The notes beneath the pieces were generated by a model, which did not search any database, had not been told where the DNA came from, and was given only the letters and a program-made list of their open reading frames with translations. DNA of 64,000 nucleotides from Candidatus Omnitrophota bacterium (lineage in GTDB: Bacteria; Omnitrophota; Omnitrophia; Omnitrophales; Aquincolibacteriaceae), in NCBI GenBank assembly GCA_903856085.1, contig CAIOAT010000012.1:39020-103019 (forward strand). The letters run 5' to 3'. Position 1 is the first letter of the stretch. Every line of letters starts with the position of its first letter. The position numbers were made by a program, and so were the translations under genes. This document shows, piece by piece, positions 8,613 through 20,190 of the stretch.

Positions 8613-9991
8613 TTTGCGAGAGGGGTGTCAGTAGCAGGCTTTTCGGACTGGGGCGCCGGGGGAGCCGGTGGGAGTGTGAGGATGAACCTGGAGCCTTTGC
8701 CCGGCTCGCTTTCGACCCAGATCTTTCCGCCATGCATTTCCACGAACTGTTTGCTGATGGCAAGCCCCAACCCTGTCCCTTTGATGCTCTTTGAGGTTGC
8801 GCGCCCTGCCTGCTCATACGGCTGAAAAATTGCTCCCTGATTTTCTAAAGCGATCCCCGGACCTGAGTCTTCGACTGTGATCTTTGCTCCGCCGTCCGGC
8901 TCTTTGACTAAGGCGATATGAATAAAGCCCTTTTTGGTGAACTTTAGCGAGTTCGAGAGGAGATTGTAAAGGACCTGCCGGAGTTTAAGTTCATCGGCTG
9001 TGATCTTGAGAGCTACCGGTTTTTCCGTGAATCCCAGCAGTAGATGCTTGGCGAGGGCCTCTTCATAAAAGACATCAAGCGCCGATTGGATGATCTTCAC
9101 GAGTTCGATCTCATGGAGTGAAAGCTGCATTTTTTTTGACTCAATCTTGGAAAGATCGAGTACGTCATTGATAAGCTCGCGAAGATGCTTTCCGCCGCGC
9201 TCGATACGGGAGAGAAAATCTTTCTGTTTTTCTGTGAGAGGTTCGGTCGGGCTCTCGATTAAGAGTTGGGAAAAACCAAGGATTGAGTTCAGCGGCGCAC
9301 GGATCTCATGGCTCATTCGAGCAAAATAATCAGTCTGCAGATGATAGGCATACTTGACTTTATCACTTGTTTCTCGGAGCTCCCAAAGCAGTTCCTCGAG
9401 GCGATCATCTTTTTTCACGAGAGCCGAAGCCAGGGATCTTATGAAGAATGCGATCAAATAGAAGAAAGCAATGTGCCTGAAGATAATGGCGGTTTCTTGG
9501 ACCGAGGTCAAGTCGGGCCCGAAAGAAACAGTCTGGGGGATGATATTTAAATGTCCGAGAACGATCAGCCCTGCATAAAGGGCCGAAGCGAGTGTGGCCA
9601 TTTGGAGGGTCAGGACGGTCGGTAGATTGAGGGCGCAGTAGACGATCGAGATAAAGAAGCAGGAGGCATAAATGAAAAGATCCACATTGCCCAAAAGATG
9701 CAGGGCCGTTGTTTCTGCCAAAAAGTCGATTACGACCGAAGCGATCAGGGCTTCCATGCCGGATTTTGGATTTTGGTAAAAGGCTTTGTAGGGATGGTTG
9801 ATGAAGACCTCAATGAGGACCACGATATAGAGAGGCCAGAGATTTGAAACCGTGAAATTTCCCCACTTGCAGGTCAGAACATAAAGGGGAATAAGAAAGA
9901 GGATGATGAGGATGCGGAGCTGGTAGAGTTGACAGGCTTTTTGGTAGATCTCTTCGACCGGAGTTTTTCCCGTGATTCTCATGATGTGCAT
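8609..9991 (-). CDS. membrane sensor histidine kinase
   Basis: Six N-terminal TM helices. H-box SHEIRAPLNSILGF. HATPase N/G boxes present (GTGLGLAISKQFVEMHGG). Confidence 0.85.
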   Translation of the reverse strand: MHIMRITGKTPVEEIYQKACQLYQLRILIILFLIPLYVLTCKWGNFTVSNLWPLYIVVLIEVFINHPYKAFYQNPKSGMEALIASVVIDFLAETTALHLLGNVDLFIYASCFFISIVYCALNLPTVLTLQMATLASALYAGLIVLGHLNIIPQTVSFGPDLTSVQETAIIFRHIAFFYLIAFFIRSLASALVKKDDRLEELLWELRETSDKVKYAYHLQTDYFARMSHEIRAPLNSILGFSQLLIESPTEPLTEKQKDFLSRIERGGKHLRELINDVLDLSKIESKKMQLSLHEIELVKIIQSALDVFYEEALAKHLLLGFTEKPVALKITADELKLRQVLYNLLSNSLKFTKKGFIHIALVKEPDGGAKITVEDSGPGIALENQGAIFQPYEQAGRATSKSIKGTGLGLAISKQFVEMHGGKIWVESEPGKGSRFILTLPPAPPAPQSEKPATDTPLAN

Positions 9992-10159
9992 CCTCAGAAG
10001 TTAGGTGTCCCGTCAAACGAGAATGTCCTTATAATAGCCAACTACGCTATAAAAGGAAATCTATTTTCAAAAGAGAGAGAGAGGCTTGTTGCGATGCTCT
10101 TGCTGGACTGTTAAAATGAGCTATTGTTTTTAAGGGGCATCCTGCATGAAAGGAGATTT

Positions 10160-11269
10160 ATGAGCACGAGCGCTTATTTGAAAGTCTGTCTTGAAAAGGT
10201 CATTGAACAAAGGGGGCAGGACGTTTTTTTTAAGGCCGGGACGCCTCCCCGCATGCGTCTTGGCGGGCAGGTAGTGTCGCTGCCCTTGAAGGCATTTTCC
10301 GCGGAAGAGATCTGCGGGCTTGTTGATGAGCTGCTGGATCCTCGCCAGAAAGAAATACTTCAAAAAAACAAGAGTGTGGATTTTGGATTCTTCTTTCGTG
10401 AAAAGGATTGTCGTTTCCGGGCCAATGCTTTTTTTCAGCAAGGGGATATTTCCCTGGTGTTCCGCTTGCTGTGGGAAGGCATTCCGAGTTTTGATGAGCT
10501 CCGGTTGCCGCCGGTCCTGAAAAGGGTTGCGCTTGAAAAATCCGGGATCATTCTCATCGGGGGAGCGGTCTCTTCCGGGAAGACCACCACGGTGGCGGCC
10601 ATGCTCCGGGCCATGAACGAGAGTGTCCCAAAGCATGTTCTCACAATTGAGGATCCGGTGGAATACCTGCATAAGGACCAGCAATGTCTCATCCAGCAGC
10701 GCGAGATCGGTCGGGATGCAGAAAGTTTCAGTTCGGCTCTGAAGTACATGGTGCGTCAGTCCCCGGATGTGATCGTGATCGGCGAAATGCGTGACGCGGA
10801 ATCTTTCAGTTTTGCGCTTTCGGCGGCCGAGGTCGGAAGGCTTGTGATCTCGACAATTCACGCTCAATCCGCTAGTCAGGTTTTTGATCGGATACTGAGC
10901 TTTTTCAGGCGTGAGAGTGAACGCGAAGTGGTGTTTCGTCACTTTGCGGCGAATATGTCCTGCATTACGATTCAGAAATTGTTAGTGGCTAAGGATGGGA
11001 AGACGTTCGTGCCTGCGGCCGAAGTGCTTTTGGGGAATTACACGATCAAACAGCTGATCCTTGAAAAAAAGATCGACAAGCTTCCGCAAGCGATCCGTAA
11101 TGCTCATGAAGAAGGGATGCAGACGATGGATCATTCGATCCTGGGGCTTTGGAAGGCCGGATTAATCAGCCAGGAGACCGCGATTGCCGCGAGTTCTTCG
11201 CCGGAGGACCTTCAGGCTCTAATGAAAGGTATTCGGATCGGTCAGGACACCAAAATCCTCGGAGACTAG
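10160..11269 (+). CDS. pilT: PilT/PilU-family type IV pilus retraction ATPase homologue (orphan)
   Basis: RBS AGGAGA precedes the ATG. Walker A GAVSSGKTTT. Carries PilT-family motifs (IEDPVEY, VIVIGEMRD). Confidence 0.8.
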   Translation: MSTSAYLKVCLEKVIEQRGQDVFFKAGTPPRMRLGGQVVSLPLKAFSAEEICGLVDELLDPRQKEILQKNKSVDFGFFFREKDCRFRANAFFQQGDISLVFRLLWEGIPSFDELRLPPVLKRVALEKSGIILIGGAVSSGKTTTVAAMLRAMNESVPKHVLTIEDPVEYLHKDQQCLIQQREIGRDAESFSSALKYMVRQSPDVIVIGEMRDAESFSFALSAAEVGRLVISTIHAQSASQVFDRILSFFRRESEREVVFRHFAANMSCITIQKLLVAKDGKTFVPAAEVLLGNYTIKQLILEKKIDKLPQAIRNAHEEGMQTMDHSILGLWKAGLISQETAIAASSSPEDLQALMKGIRIGQDTKILGD

Positions 11270-11347
11270 GAGAGGGTCGATTCTTCGATAACGTTTCGTT
11301 TGCCAGCCGGAAAGAGAAAATTTTTTATGGGGGGGCTTCTCGAAAGA

Positions 11348-12421
11348 TCAGACGTATTTTTCGCGGTAGATTTTGATCAGCGCGAAGAAGATCGAAAGTA
11401 CCACCGGCGCCAGGAAAATTCCCATTAGACCGTAGAATTTCATCCCACCCATGATCCCGAAGAAAAGAAGAAAATAGGGGAGTTTTGTTTTTTCTCCAAT
11501 GATCGCCGGTTTCATGATGTTATCCAGCAGGCTGATCCCGAAAAAACCCACCACAAAAAGAATGATCGCTTTGCCATACAGCTGCATGATTAAAAGATAA
11601 ACCGCGATTGGAAACCACACACTTGCCGCCCCAAGGATTGGGATGAGCGAAGTCAGAAAGATCAGGAATGTAAAAAAAAGCGGGATCGGGACCCCCAAAG
11701 CCGTGAACAGCATTCCCGCTACGGCTGCCTGTGTGACACTGGTCAGGAGCTGTCCCCGGATCACGGCGACAAAGGTCTCATGGATCTGTGTAAAAAGGGC
11801 CTTCTTGGTTTCTTTCTCGAACGGAGCGATCTCATAAATGAAGTGGTAGATCTTTTCTCCGTGTTTGAAGAAGATGAAAGTGAGGAAGGACATGAAAAAA
11901 ACGTTTAGAAGGACAAAGAAGATGTTCTTGGTGAAGGTTCCCGCTTGAGCCGCAGCTAAATTCCCAAGTGTTTTCGTGGCTCCCAGGAACCAGGAAGAAA
12001 GGCTGTCTTTTACCGTCTGGGATGCGAAGACGTGTGTCTGGATATTCTGGAACCAGGGAAGCCCCCGGACCTGTTCGGCCAGCTGTTCTAGTTTTCCATC
12101 CCGGACATAGCTGTAGGCCCAATGGGAAAATTCGATGACCTGTGTGGTCATGTTGATGATAATGAAGATGAGGGGAGGAACGACGGCGAGGAATACTGCA
12201 ACGGTCATGAGGAGCGCGATGGAATTGTTCCGTCTCGGGAACAATTTGCGCAGTTTCTCATAGAGAGGATAAAATGCGAATGCAAGGATCGCCGCCCAGA
12301 AAATAGCCGTGAAGAACGGCGCGAAGATGTTAAAGACCTCGTAAATAATGAAAGCCAAGACACCGATGAAGAAAAACGAGATAAATTGTTCGCGTTTCAT
12401 GACTTTTGCACTGTTCTCCAT
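11348..12421 (-). CDS. AI-2E family transporter (UPF0118 permease)
   Basis: Eight predicted TM helices. The C-terminal region is typical of the family (FGIMGGMKFYGLMGIFLAPVV). Confidence 0.8.
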   Translation of the reverse strand: MENSAKVMKREQFISFFFIGVLAFIIYEVFNIFAPFFTAIFWAAILAFAFYPLYEKLRKLFPRRNNSIALLMTVAVFLAVVPPLIFIIINMTTQVIEFSHWAYSYVRDGKLEQLAEQVRGLPWFQNIQTHVFASQTVKDSLSSWFLGATKTLGNLAAAQAGTFTKNIFFVLLNVFFMSFLTFIFFKHGEKIYHFIYEIAPFEKETKKALFTQIHETFVAVIRGQLLTSVTQAAVAGMLFTALGVPIPLFFTFLIFLTSLIPILGAASVWFPIAVYLLIMQLYGKAIILFVVGFFGISLLDNIMKPAIIGEKTKLPYFLLFFGIMGGMKFYGLMGIFLAPVVLSIFFALIKIYREKYV

Positions 12422-12425
12422 TTGA

Positions 12426-12485
12426 TTTTAAGGGTTCACAAAACTATACCGCATACCCCTAAATTAAAATGTGATGTGGTATTAG
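12426..12485 (+). repeat. conserved ~60-nt intergenic element family 3, copy 1
   Basis: TTTTAAGGGTTCACAAAACTATACCGCATACCCCTAAATTAAAATGTGATGTGGTATTAG is about 80% identical to 58263..58321. Inverted arms CCGCAT/ATGTGG flank an AT-rich core. Confidence 0.55.
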
Positions 12486-12520
12486 TCTAGCGATTTCCAC
12501 TGTTTTGGCAAGCAAGACAC

Positions 12521-13438
12521 TTACTTCTTCAGAAGGTAATTCCGGACGTAATCGATGATGCCTTCGCGCGTTGTGTAGCGGCACCGGAAACCGGTCATGG
12601 CTTCATGATGGCGCATGTCTGCCTGCGTGAAGTTCTGGTAAAAACTGTAGGGATTGTCGAAGTAATCGGGCTTGTGGTTCGTGCCGAGGGCTTCATTGAG
12701 TGCATCCACGATCTCATTGAAGGAGGTCGCTTGCCCGGTTCCAAGGTTCATGACCGTGGATTCCTTGGCTTTGTGGGCCAGGAGCGTGGCCGTGACGACA
12801 TCTTTAACGTAGATATGATCGCGTTTTTGTTCGCCCCATTTGAAAATGCGCGGATGGTGCCCTTCCATCATCTTGAGCGCTAGCTGATAGATCATGCTGG
12901 AGGCATGTCCTTTGTAACATTCCCGGGGGCCGAAGACGTTGAAGAACCGGAGTCCCACTACCTTGATCTTGTCATAATAGGAGGGAGCTAGCTGGTCCAT
13001 GATCCACTTGGAATAACCGTAGATATTGTTCGGGTTGCCGGCGTCGGATTCCTTAATGGGCCGGTCGATCGAGCCGTAAGTTGCGGCGGAAGAGGCATAG
13101 ACTACGGCGGCCTTTTTCTCAACCGCGAGGTCGAGGACATTACGGAAGCCTTCGACATTGTCGTACATCATTTTTTGCTCATCGAGGATAGTCGTGTCCG
13201 TGATGGCGGCCATGTGGTAAATTACGTCAAGCTTTTTGCCCTTGGCCCAGCTCATCCAGGCCTTGTCAGAGCAGTCGTAGGCGAGCAGGTCCCCCTTAAA
13301 GCCGAGGAGGTTCTTGAATGAGGAGCTACGGAAGTCCTCCAGAACCGTGATGCGGGCTTCCGGAAGACGGGCTTGGAGTTCAAGGGCTATGTTCGAGCCG
13401 ATAAAACCGGAACCACCCGTTACGAGGATATGTTTCAT
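12521..13438 (-). CDS. hldD: ADP-L-glycero-D-manno-heptose 6-epimerase
   Basis: MKHILVTGGSGFIGSN Rossmann N-terminus. Carries the YGYSK catalytic motif. A GTG-initiated extension runs to 13465. Confidence 0.8.
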   Translation of the reverse strand: MKHILVTGGSGFIGSNIALELQARLPEARITVLEDFRSSSFKNLLGFKGDLLAYDCSDKAWMSWAKGKKLDVIYHMAAITDTTILDEQKMMYDNVEGFRNVLDLAVEKKAAVVYASSAATYGSIDRPIKESDAGNPNNIYGYSKWIMDQLAPSYYDKIKVVGLRFFNVFGPRECYKGHASSMIYQLALKMMEGHHPRIFKWGEQKRDHIYVKDVVTATLLAHKAKESTVMNLGTGQATSFNEIVDALNEALGTNHKPDYFDNPYSFYQNFTQADMRHHEAMTGFRCRYTTREGIIDYVRNYLLKK

Positions 13439-13512
13439 AGGGGGGTTATCATAGCCAAAATCCACGAAAGTTCAAACCTTAAATGCCGACAATAGAGGGG
13501 GAGAGATTCGTG

Positions 13513-13824
13513 ATGAGAAAACTCAAAAAATCCTTTTACCTTCTGTTTGTCTTTGGCGTGCTTTTCATGCCTTCCTTGGGCTATGCCGAAATGGGTGAGG
13601 ATATTTCCTACGCCGCGCGCGGGGCCGGCAAGATCGTGGGAGGGGTGTTTGCTATTCCGAAAGCTATGCTGCAGGATTCCGGCCGCGTGTTGTTTCCGTT
13701 TGGACTTGTGACGGGAGCCATTCGCGGCACTGTTGAGACTGTGACGGGAGTGGTCGGCGGGGTAGTGGATGTTGCCCGCGGCGGTGCTCCTTACGCCAAA
13801 TATGCCGCGATCGCGGCACTTTAA
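13513..13824 (+). CDS. small secreted hypothetical protein (Gly/Val-rich)
   Basis: RBS GGGGGAG precedes the ATG. Has a signal peptide. Confidence 0.45.
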   Translation: MRKLKKSFYLLFVFGVLFMPSLGYAEMGEDISYAARGAGKIVGGVFAIPKAMLQDSGRVLFPFGLVTGAIRGTVETVTGVVGGVVDVARGGAPYAKYAAIAAL

Positions 13825-13827
13825 GAA

Positions 13828-14181
13828 TTATTCCTTCCTGAAGATCTTCACACCGGCGCATTGAGCGTTCCTGATTGCTCCCGGCTTTGAGATGCGCAGT
13901 GTCACATTTTTTAATTTGAATTCCTGGAGCAGCATTTGGGCGAGGCGTTCGGCCAGAGTTTCTATTAAATAGAATTGGCTTTGAGAAACGAACGCTAGTG
14001 TGCGTCCGGCAATCTTCTGATAGTTCAGGGCATCTCTAAGGTCATCCCGTCTTGCTGCTATTCGGACAGGGGCCGGGAACTCGAGATCAATCATCACCTT
14101 CTGCTTCTTTTTGCGTTCCCGGGGAAGCGTACCGATGATGCAGCGAATTTCAAGCCCTTGAATAAAGATTTTGTCAGCCAT
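13828..14181 (-). CDS. folB: dihydroneopterin aldolase
   Basis: MADKIFIQGLEIRCIIGTLPRER resembles the FolB N-terminus. About 117 aa. Confidence 0.75.
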   Translation of the reverse strand: MADKIFIQGLEIRCIIGTLPRERKKKQKVMIDLEFPAPVRIAARRDDLRDALNYQKIAGRTLAFVSQSQFYLIETLAERLAQMLLQEFKLKNVTLRISKPGAIRNAQCAGVKIFRKE

Positions 14182-14276
14182 GGGGACAGTGTACCGTTTC
14201 ACGGAGTCATTTTCAACCCGTCCCGTTCCAAAACAACGCTCGACGAGCTGGGGCCTTCTTCGTAAACTATCGCATC

Positions 14277-15329
14277 ATGTTGACTCCCACGACGGTATCC
14301 ATCCAAGTAAAACCTTTATGCCCGCTTTTCGGGACCTGCGGAGGATGTCAATACCAGGACCTCCCATACGAAGAAGAGCTTGCCCGGAAAGAGACTATTC
14401 TTAAAGACTTGATCGTGAAAGAATTAAGTCTCCCAGAAGATATTTTTGAGGCGATCACGCCGTCTCCGGAATCCTATTATTATCGCAACCGACTGGATCT
14501 GACGTTGCGTAAAAGGAATAACGGAGAGCGGCAGATGGGTTTTATGCTGCCAGGGACGCAGAGGCTCCAGGAAGTCACAAATTGTTCCATTGCGCGCAAA
14601 GAGATCAATGATTTCCTGGTCGTCCTGAAGGAAGAGGCGGTGCGTAAACTGCCGGAGGATTATAAGGTTGCGAATCTGGTGGTTCGTGTGGGCGACGAGG
14701 GGAAAGTGTTTTGGGGCGGGATCGGCCGCAGATCGCTGAGAATGGAGGAAAAGGATTATTTTTGGACGATCGTGCATGGACGCAAGATCTTTTATGCGCT
14801 CGACACTTTCTTTCAGGCGAATTTGTCGATCCTGGAAAAGATCGTTTCAAGGATCGAAAGTCTTATCCAGTGGGAGAAGGACACTGTTTTTCTTGATCTT
14901 TATTCCGGCGTCGGGCTTTTCGGGATCGCTCTGGCCGATCGCGCCAAGGAAGTCGTGATGATCGAAGAATGCCGCGATTCGGTGACTCTTGCGCAGTTTA
15001 ATGTCAATTATCACCAGCTGGAAAATATCAAAATGCTCGTGGGAAAAGTCGAGACGTATCTCCCGGCGATTTTGAAGGAACTTGATGGCAAACCTTGTGT
15101 GGCCTTGATTGATCCGCCCCGCGGCGGACTTGCAAGTTCTGCCATTGAAACTTTGGGTGCGGCGAAAAGCCTCGAATCTTTATTTTATCTATCCTGTTCG
15201 CCGGAGTCGCTCGCCCGTGATTTGAAGCATTTGGCGAAAGTCGGCTGGAAGGTCCGGAAGATCATGCCGTTCGATTTTTTCCCGCGGACGCGGCATTTGG
15301 AGGTCTTGATATGGCTCGCGCGTTCATAG
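14277..15329 (+). CDS. RlmD/RumA-family 23S rRNA (uracil-C5)-methyltransferase
   Basis: N-terminal Cys cluster CPLFGTCGGCQYQ. SAM-binding motif DLYSGVGLFG. Catalytic motif DPPRGG. Confidence 0.7.
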   Translation: MLTPTTVSIQVKPLCPLFGTCGGCQYQDLPYEEELARKETILKDLIVKELSLPEDIFEAITPSPESYYYRNRLDLTLRKRNNGERQMGFMLPGTQRLQEVTNCSIARKEINDFLVVLKEEAVRKLPEDYKVANLVVRVGDEGKVFWGGIGRRSLRMEEKDYFWTIVHGRKIFYALDTFFQANLSILEKIVSRIESLIQWEKDTVFLDLYSGVGLFGIALADRAKEVVMIEECRDSVTLAQFNVNYHQLENIKMLVGKVETYLPAILKELDGKPCVALIDPPRGGLASSAIETLGAAKSLESLFYLSCSPESLARDLKHLAKVGWKVRKIMPFDFFPRTRHLEVLIWLARS

Positions 15330-15904
15330 AAGAGAAGTACGGCTCCATCGTTTTCGAAGAATTATTTGGGAATTCCCATGCTGTTGAGATGGAGATCGGA
15401 TGCGGGAAGGGGAAATTCCTTGTTGCCCGTTCTATTGAGAATCCCGGGACGAATTTCTTAGGGATCGATCGCGTGAGCAAGTTCATGAATATCGGGAAGA
15501 CGCGCGCGCAGAAACGGGCGCTTCCGAACATCCGCTTTCTCCGGGCCGAGGCGCGGGCATTTTTAAACGAAGCAATCGCACCGGAAAGCGTGAGCATTTT
15601 TCATATTTATTTTCCGGATCCTTGGCCCAAACGCCGGCATCAGGTTCGGCGTGTTTTTACAGCGGAGCTTCTTCGGTTGCTTCATGTGCGGCTTGCGCCT
15701 GGAGGGCTTGTCGAAATCGCGACCGATGATAAGGACTATTTTGCCGCCATGAAGAAAACCATAGCGGCGACAGCGGAACTCTGGGAGAATGTGCGCGAAA
15801 CGATGAATGAGAGGATTTTAGACGGAATGAACAAGACCAATTACGAACTCAAATGGGCCGCCCAAGGGCGGTCTCTTTTCTATGCGGAGCTTAAAAAACG
15901 ATGA
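15311..15904 (+). CDS. trmB: tRNA (guanine-N7)-methyltransferase
   Basis: Carries EIGCGKGKFLV and FPDPWPKRRH motifs. Confidence 0.85.
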   Translation: MARAFIEEKYGSIVFEELFGNSHAVEMEIGCGKGKFLVARSIENPGTNFLGIDRVSKFMNIGKTRAQKRALPNIRFLRAEARAFLNEAIAPESVSIFHIYFPDPWPKRRHQVRRVFTAELLRLLHVRLAPGGLVEIATDDKDYFAAMKKTIAATAELWENVRETMNERILDGMNKTNYELKWAAQGRSLFYAELKKR

Positions 15905-16638
15905 GAATCGCGCACGCTTTGGCTAGCGCGGGGCTTGGCTCTCGCCGGAAATGCGAGGTTTTTGTCACCAATGGCGCTATTTCCGTCAATGGCGAGGTCG
16001 TGCAGGATTTGGGCCGGCAGGTGGATTTTCAAAACGATACCATCATGTATCGCCAGAAAGTTCTCCAGTTGGCGCCGCATGTTTATTATCTTTTGAACAA
16101 GCCCGAAGGCTATGTTGTGACAGCGCAGGATATGCACGCCAAGAAAACGGTTTTTGATCTTTTGCCGCGACATCTTGTGAACGCGACGCGCCAATCCTCG
16201 ACGAACCGTGTTCGTGTGTTTCCGGTGGGCCGGCTCGACAAGGACACCTCCGGGTTGCTTCTCATGACCAATGACGGAGATCTCGCGAACCGGTTGATTC
16301 ATCCGCGCTTTCACGTTGAGAAATGGTATCAGGTGAAGCTCCATCGCGCCTGGGATGAGAGGGATCGCAACAAGGTGCTTGAGGGTTTTCATTCGTACGA
16401 CGGTTTTCTTAAATTAGAAGAGATCCGGCCGATCTCCCCGAGAATTTTGATGGTGGAATTGCGCGAAGGAAAAAAACGGCAGATCCGGCGCGTGTTCCAA
16501 CGATTCGAGTATGATGTAGTGATGCTCAACCGCTATTCTTTTGGTCCTTTGAAGCTTGGGCATTTGGCCCCCGGGAAGGGACGCTTTCTGACTTCCTTCG
16601 AAGCCCGGGAACTTCGCAAAGCCGTGGATCAGGCATAG
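15901..16638 (+). CDS. pseudouridine synthase (RsuA/RluB family) with an S4 domain
   Basis: N-terminal S4-like domain. Catalytic motif GRLDKDTSGLLLMTNDG. Confidence 0.85.
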   Translation: MRIAHALASAGLGSRRKCEVFVTNGAISVNGEVVQDLGRQVDFQNDTIMYRQKVLQLAPHVYYLLNKPEGYVVTAQDMHAKKTVFDLLPRHLVNATRQSSTNRVRVFPVGRLDKDTSGLLLMTNDGDLANRLIHPRFHVEKWYQVKLHRAWDERDRNKVLEGFHSYDGFLKLEEIRPISPRILMVELREGKKRQIRRVFQRFEYDVVMLNRYSFGPLKLGHLAPGKGRFLTSFEARELRKAVDQA

Positions 16639-16649
16639 CCCTCCCGGGT

Positions 16650-16895
16650 TCATTCCTCGATCGTCTTTTTTCGCGGATGATAGAAAAGACGCTTCTTCGA
16701 ATCCGCATCTTCCATAATAACCACCAAGTGATCGTCCACTGAGAAGGCCGGATGCATCCGAATGGCCTCGGCCTTGACGCCCTTGCCCTTCAAAAAATCC
16801 AGAAGGAACTCTTGCTCCGGTTCTTTTAGGGTGCATTTTATCTCCAGAAAATCGCGCACCATATATTCCCACGTTTGCTTTGTGATGACGCTCAT
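16650..16895 (-). CDS. hypothetical small protein (81 aa)
   Basis: Strong RBS AAGGAGGT sits 7 nt before the ATG. No family recognised. Confidence 0.45.
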   Translation of the reverse strand: MSVITKQTWEYMVRDFLEIKCTLKEPEQEFLLDFLKGKGVKAEAIRMHPAFSVDDHLVVIMEDADSKKRLFYHPRKKTIEE

Positions 16896-17078
16896 CGCGA
16901 CACCTCCTTTGATTGTTTTCTTGTTCTTAACCTTAGTGTGTGTTTGAAATCTTTGACAGGGGAGGGGGCCGGAACTTTGTTAAGGCATCTATTATTGATA
17001 GGGGCAGCAGGGATTTTTAGGCGCATCCCGAGGAGGGCTTCTGCCTCGTTCTTTGCGGAAAAAACTTTTAAAATAAAT

Positions 17079-17107
17079 TTGACAGACGAAGCGACATGGG
17101 TTATATT
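17079..17107 (+). promoter_or_regulatory. candidate sigma70 promoter TTGACA-N17-TATATT for the rrf2-metY unit
   Basis: Near-consensus -35 and -10 hexamers with 17-nt spacing, about 30 nt upstream of the rrf2 ATG. Confidence 0.45.
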
Positions 17108-17136
17108 AGTGCCATCACTCTATGGGGTACTAGACT

Positions 17137-18911
<1,775 letters not shown>

Positions 18912-18917
18912 GATGTG

Positions 18918-19118
18918 ATGACGAACGATATTTCAAAGGGCAAAAAGGGCAGCATCGTTAACGATGCAATCTTGAAGGAGATTGCGGGGGTGCTTGCCTC
19001 GTTGAAATATGGGGACATTGTTATCAAGGTCCATGATTCCAAGATTATCCAGATCGAAAAGACCGAAAAAGTTAGATACGACGGTTTACACAGTGTGGAA
19101 CAAGGGGGTGGCATTTAA
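18918..19118 (+). CDS. DUF2292/YezD-like small protein
   Basis: GSIVNDAILKEIAGVLASLKYGDIVIKVHDSKIIQIEK is characteristic of the family. The family commonly sits next to sulfur-assimilation genes. Confidence 0.55.
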   Translation: MTNDISKGKKGSIVNDAILKEIAGVLASLKYGDIVIKVHDSKIIQIEKTEKVRYDGLHSVEQGGGI

Positions 19119-19243
19119 AACGGGAATAAAATTTTTAATCTACCGGACGACCGGCTGACTCAAATCAAACAATCACTATTTCGCCTTTCCGACCAGACCA
19201 CTGGATGATGGGGCACAAAAGATCGGACAAGGAGAAAATTAAA

Positions 19244-20137
19244 ATGAAGAAGTTCATTGTGTTGGGGCTTTTAGCCTCTGTCGTCAGCTGGCAATTCACC
19301 GGGGTCTCGTATGCTGGAGTTCCCTTAAACAACCTGGAAGGCGTCGGGGGTATTGCGTTTAATCCGTTGGCGTATCTAGCCAATGCTGGAAGTAAGTGGA
19401 GAAAAGAAGCGCCGGCAACACCCGTGCCTGGAAAAACAGGGACGGAAAAGAAGGCTTTTAACGATTTTGGGTTGCTGGAAAACGTTAGCAAACCCCAAGC
19501 CGGAGCTTGGTATGTGCGGTTGCCCCAGTCGCATGTGGATTGGACCGCGCTTGGAACGGCTTTTTCGCTGTATGACCGTGTGGAAGTTTCGTATGGATGG
19601 GAAGCTGTGGCGCCGCATGGCGGTAAGACGATCTACAAGAACAATATCGGTACAAAGTTCTTGTTGGTTCCGGAGAACGCGGGAGATCACAAGTTCATCC
19701 CGGCAATCTCGATCGGCGGGATTCTAAAGAATACCGACTACGTGCCTGCGAAGACGAACCATGTGGGTTTTGACGCGTATCTGGTCGCGACCAAGCTGAT
19801 CAAAGAAACGCCGCTGCCGGTGCTGTTGTCCGGCGGTTTATTGGCTACGAACAGCCGTACGACCGGTGTTTTTGGTTACGATCCGAATTACCGCTTCACG
19901 TGGTTCGGGAACGCGGATCTGATCGTGCTTAAAAACTTGGCGGTCGGGTATGAGTACAAACAAGGCGCCAAATTCCACGGCTGGCATGATGCGGATTATC
20001 AGGACATCCATGCGGCGTGGTTCATCAATGATAAATGGACCCTTGTGGGTGCTTGGGTCTATGCCGGCGCGGCCAAGAGCACCAAAGAAGTTGGGCTTGG
20101 AGATGGTTTTACGGCTAGCCTGCATTATGCGTTCTAA
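19244..20137 (+). CDS. outer-membrane beta-barrel protein (putative porin)
   Basis: RBS GGAGAA precedes the ATG. Signal peptide ends in SYAG. Alternating amphipathic strands; C-terminus is ...HYAF. Confidence 0.6.
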   Translation: MKKFIVLGLLASVVSWQFTGVSYAGVPLNNLEGVGGIAFNPLAYLANAGSKWRKEAPATPVPGKTGTEKKAFNDFGLLENVSKPQAGAWYVRLPQSHVDWTALGTAFSLYDRVEVSYGWEAVAPHGGKTIYKNNIGTKFLLVPENAGDHKFIPAISIGGILKNTDYVPAKTNHVGFDAYLVATKLIKETPLPVLLSGGLLATNSRTTGVFGYDPNYRFTWFGNADLIVLKNLAVGYEYKQGAKFHGWHDADYQDIHAAWFINDKWTLVGAWVYAGAAKSTKEVGLGDGFTASLHYAF

Positions 20138-20190
20138 AAGAAAAGAAGTGCTTGCATTTAAGTAGCCGAAAATATAAAAGGGAGGTCCCT

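Noticed and set aside
10130-10942. 270-aa ORF on the minus strand
   Set aside because: It lies entirely antisense within the well-supported pilT-like gene. It has no RBS or recognisable domains and is rich in Arg, Pro and His, as expected for the reverse frame of a GC-rich gene.
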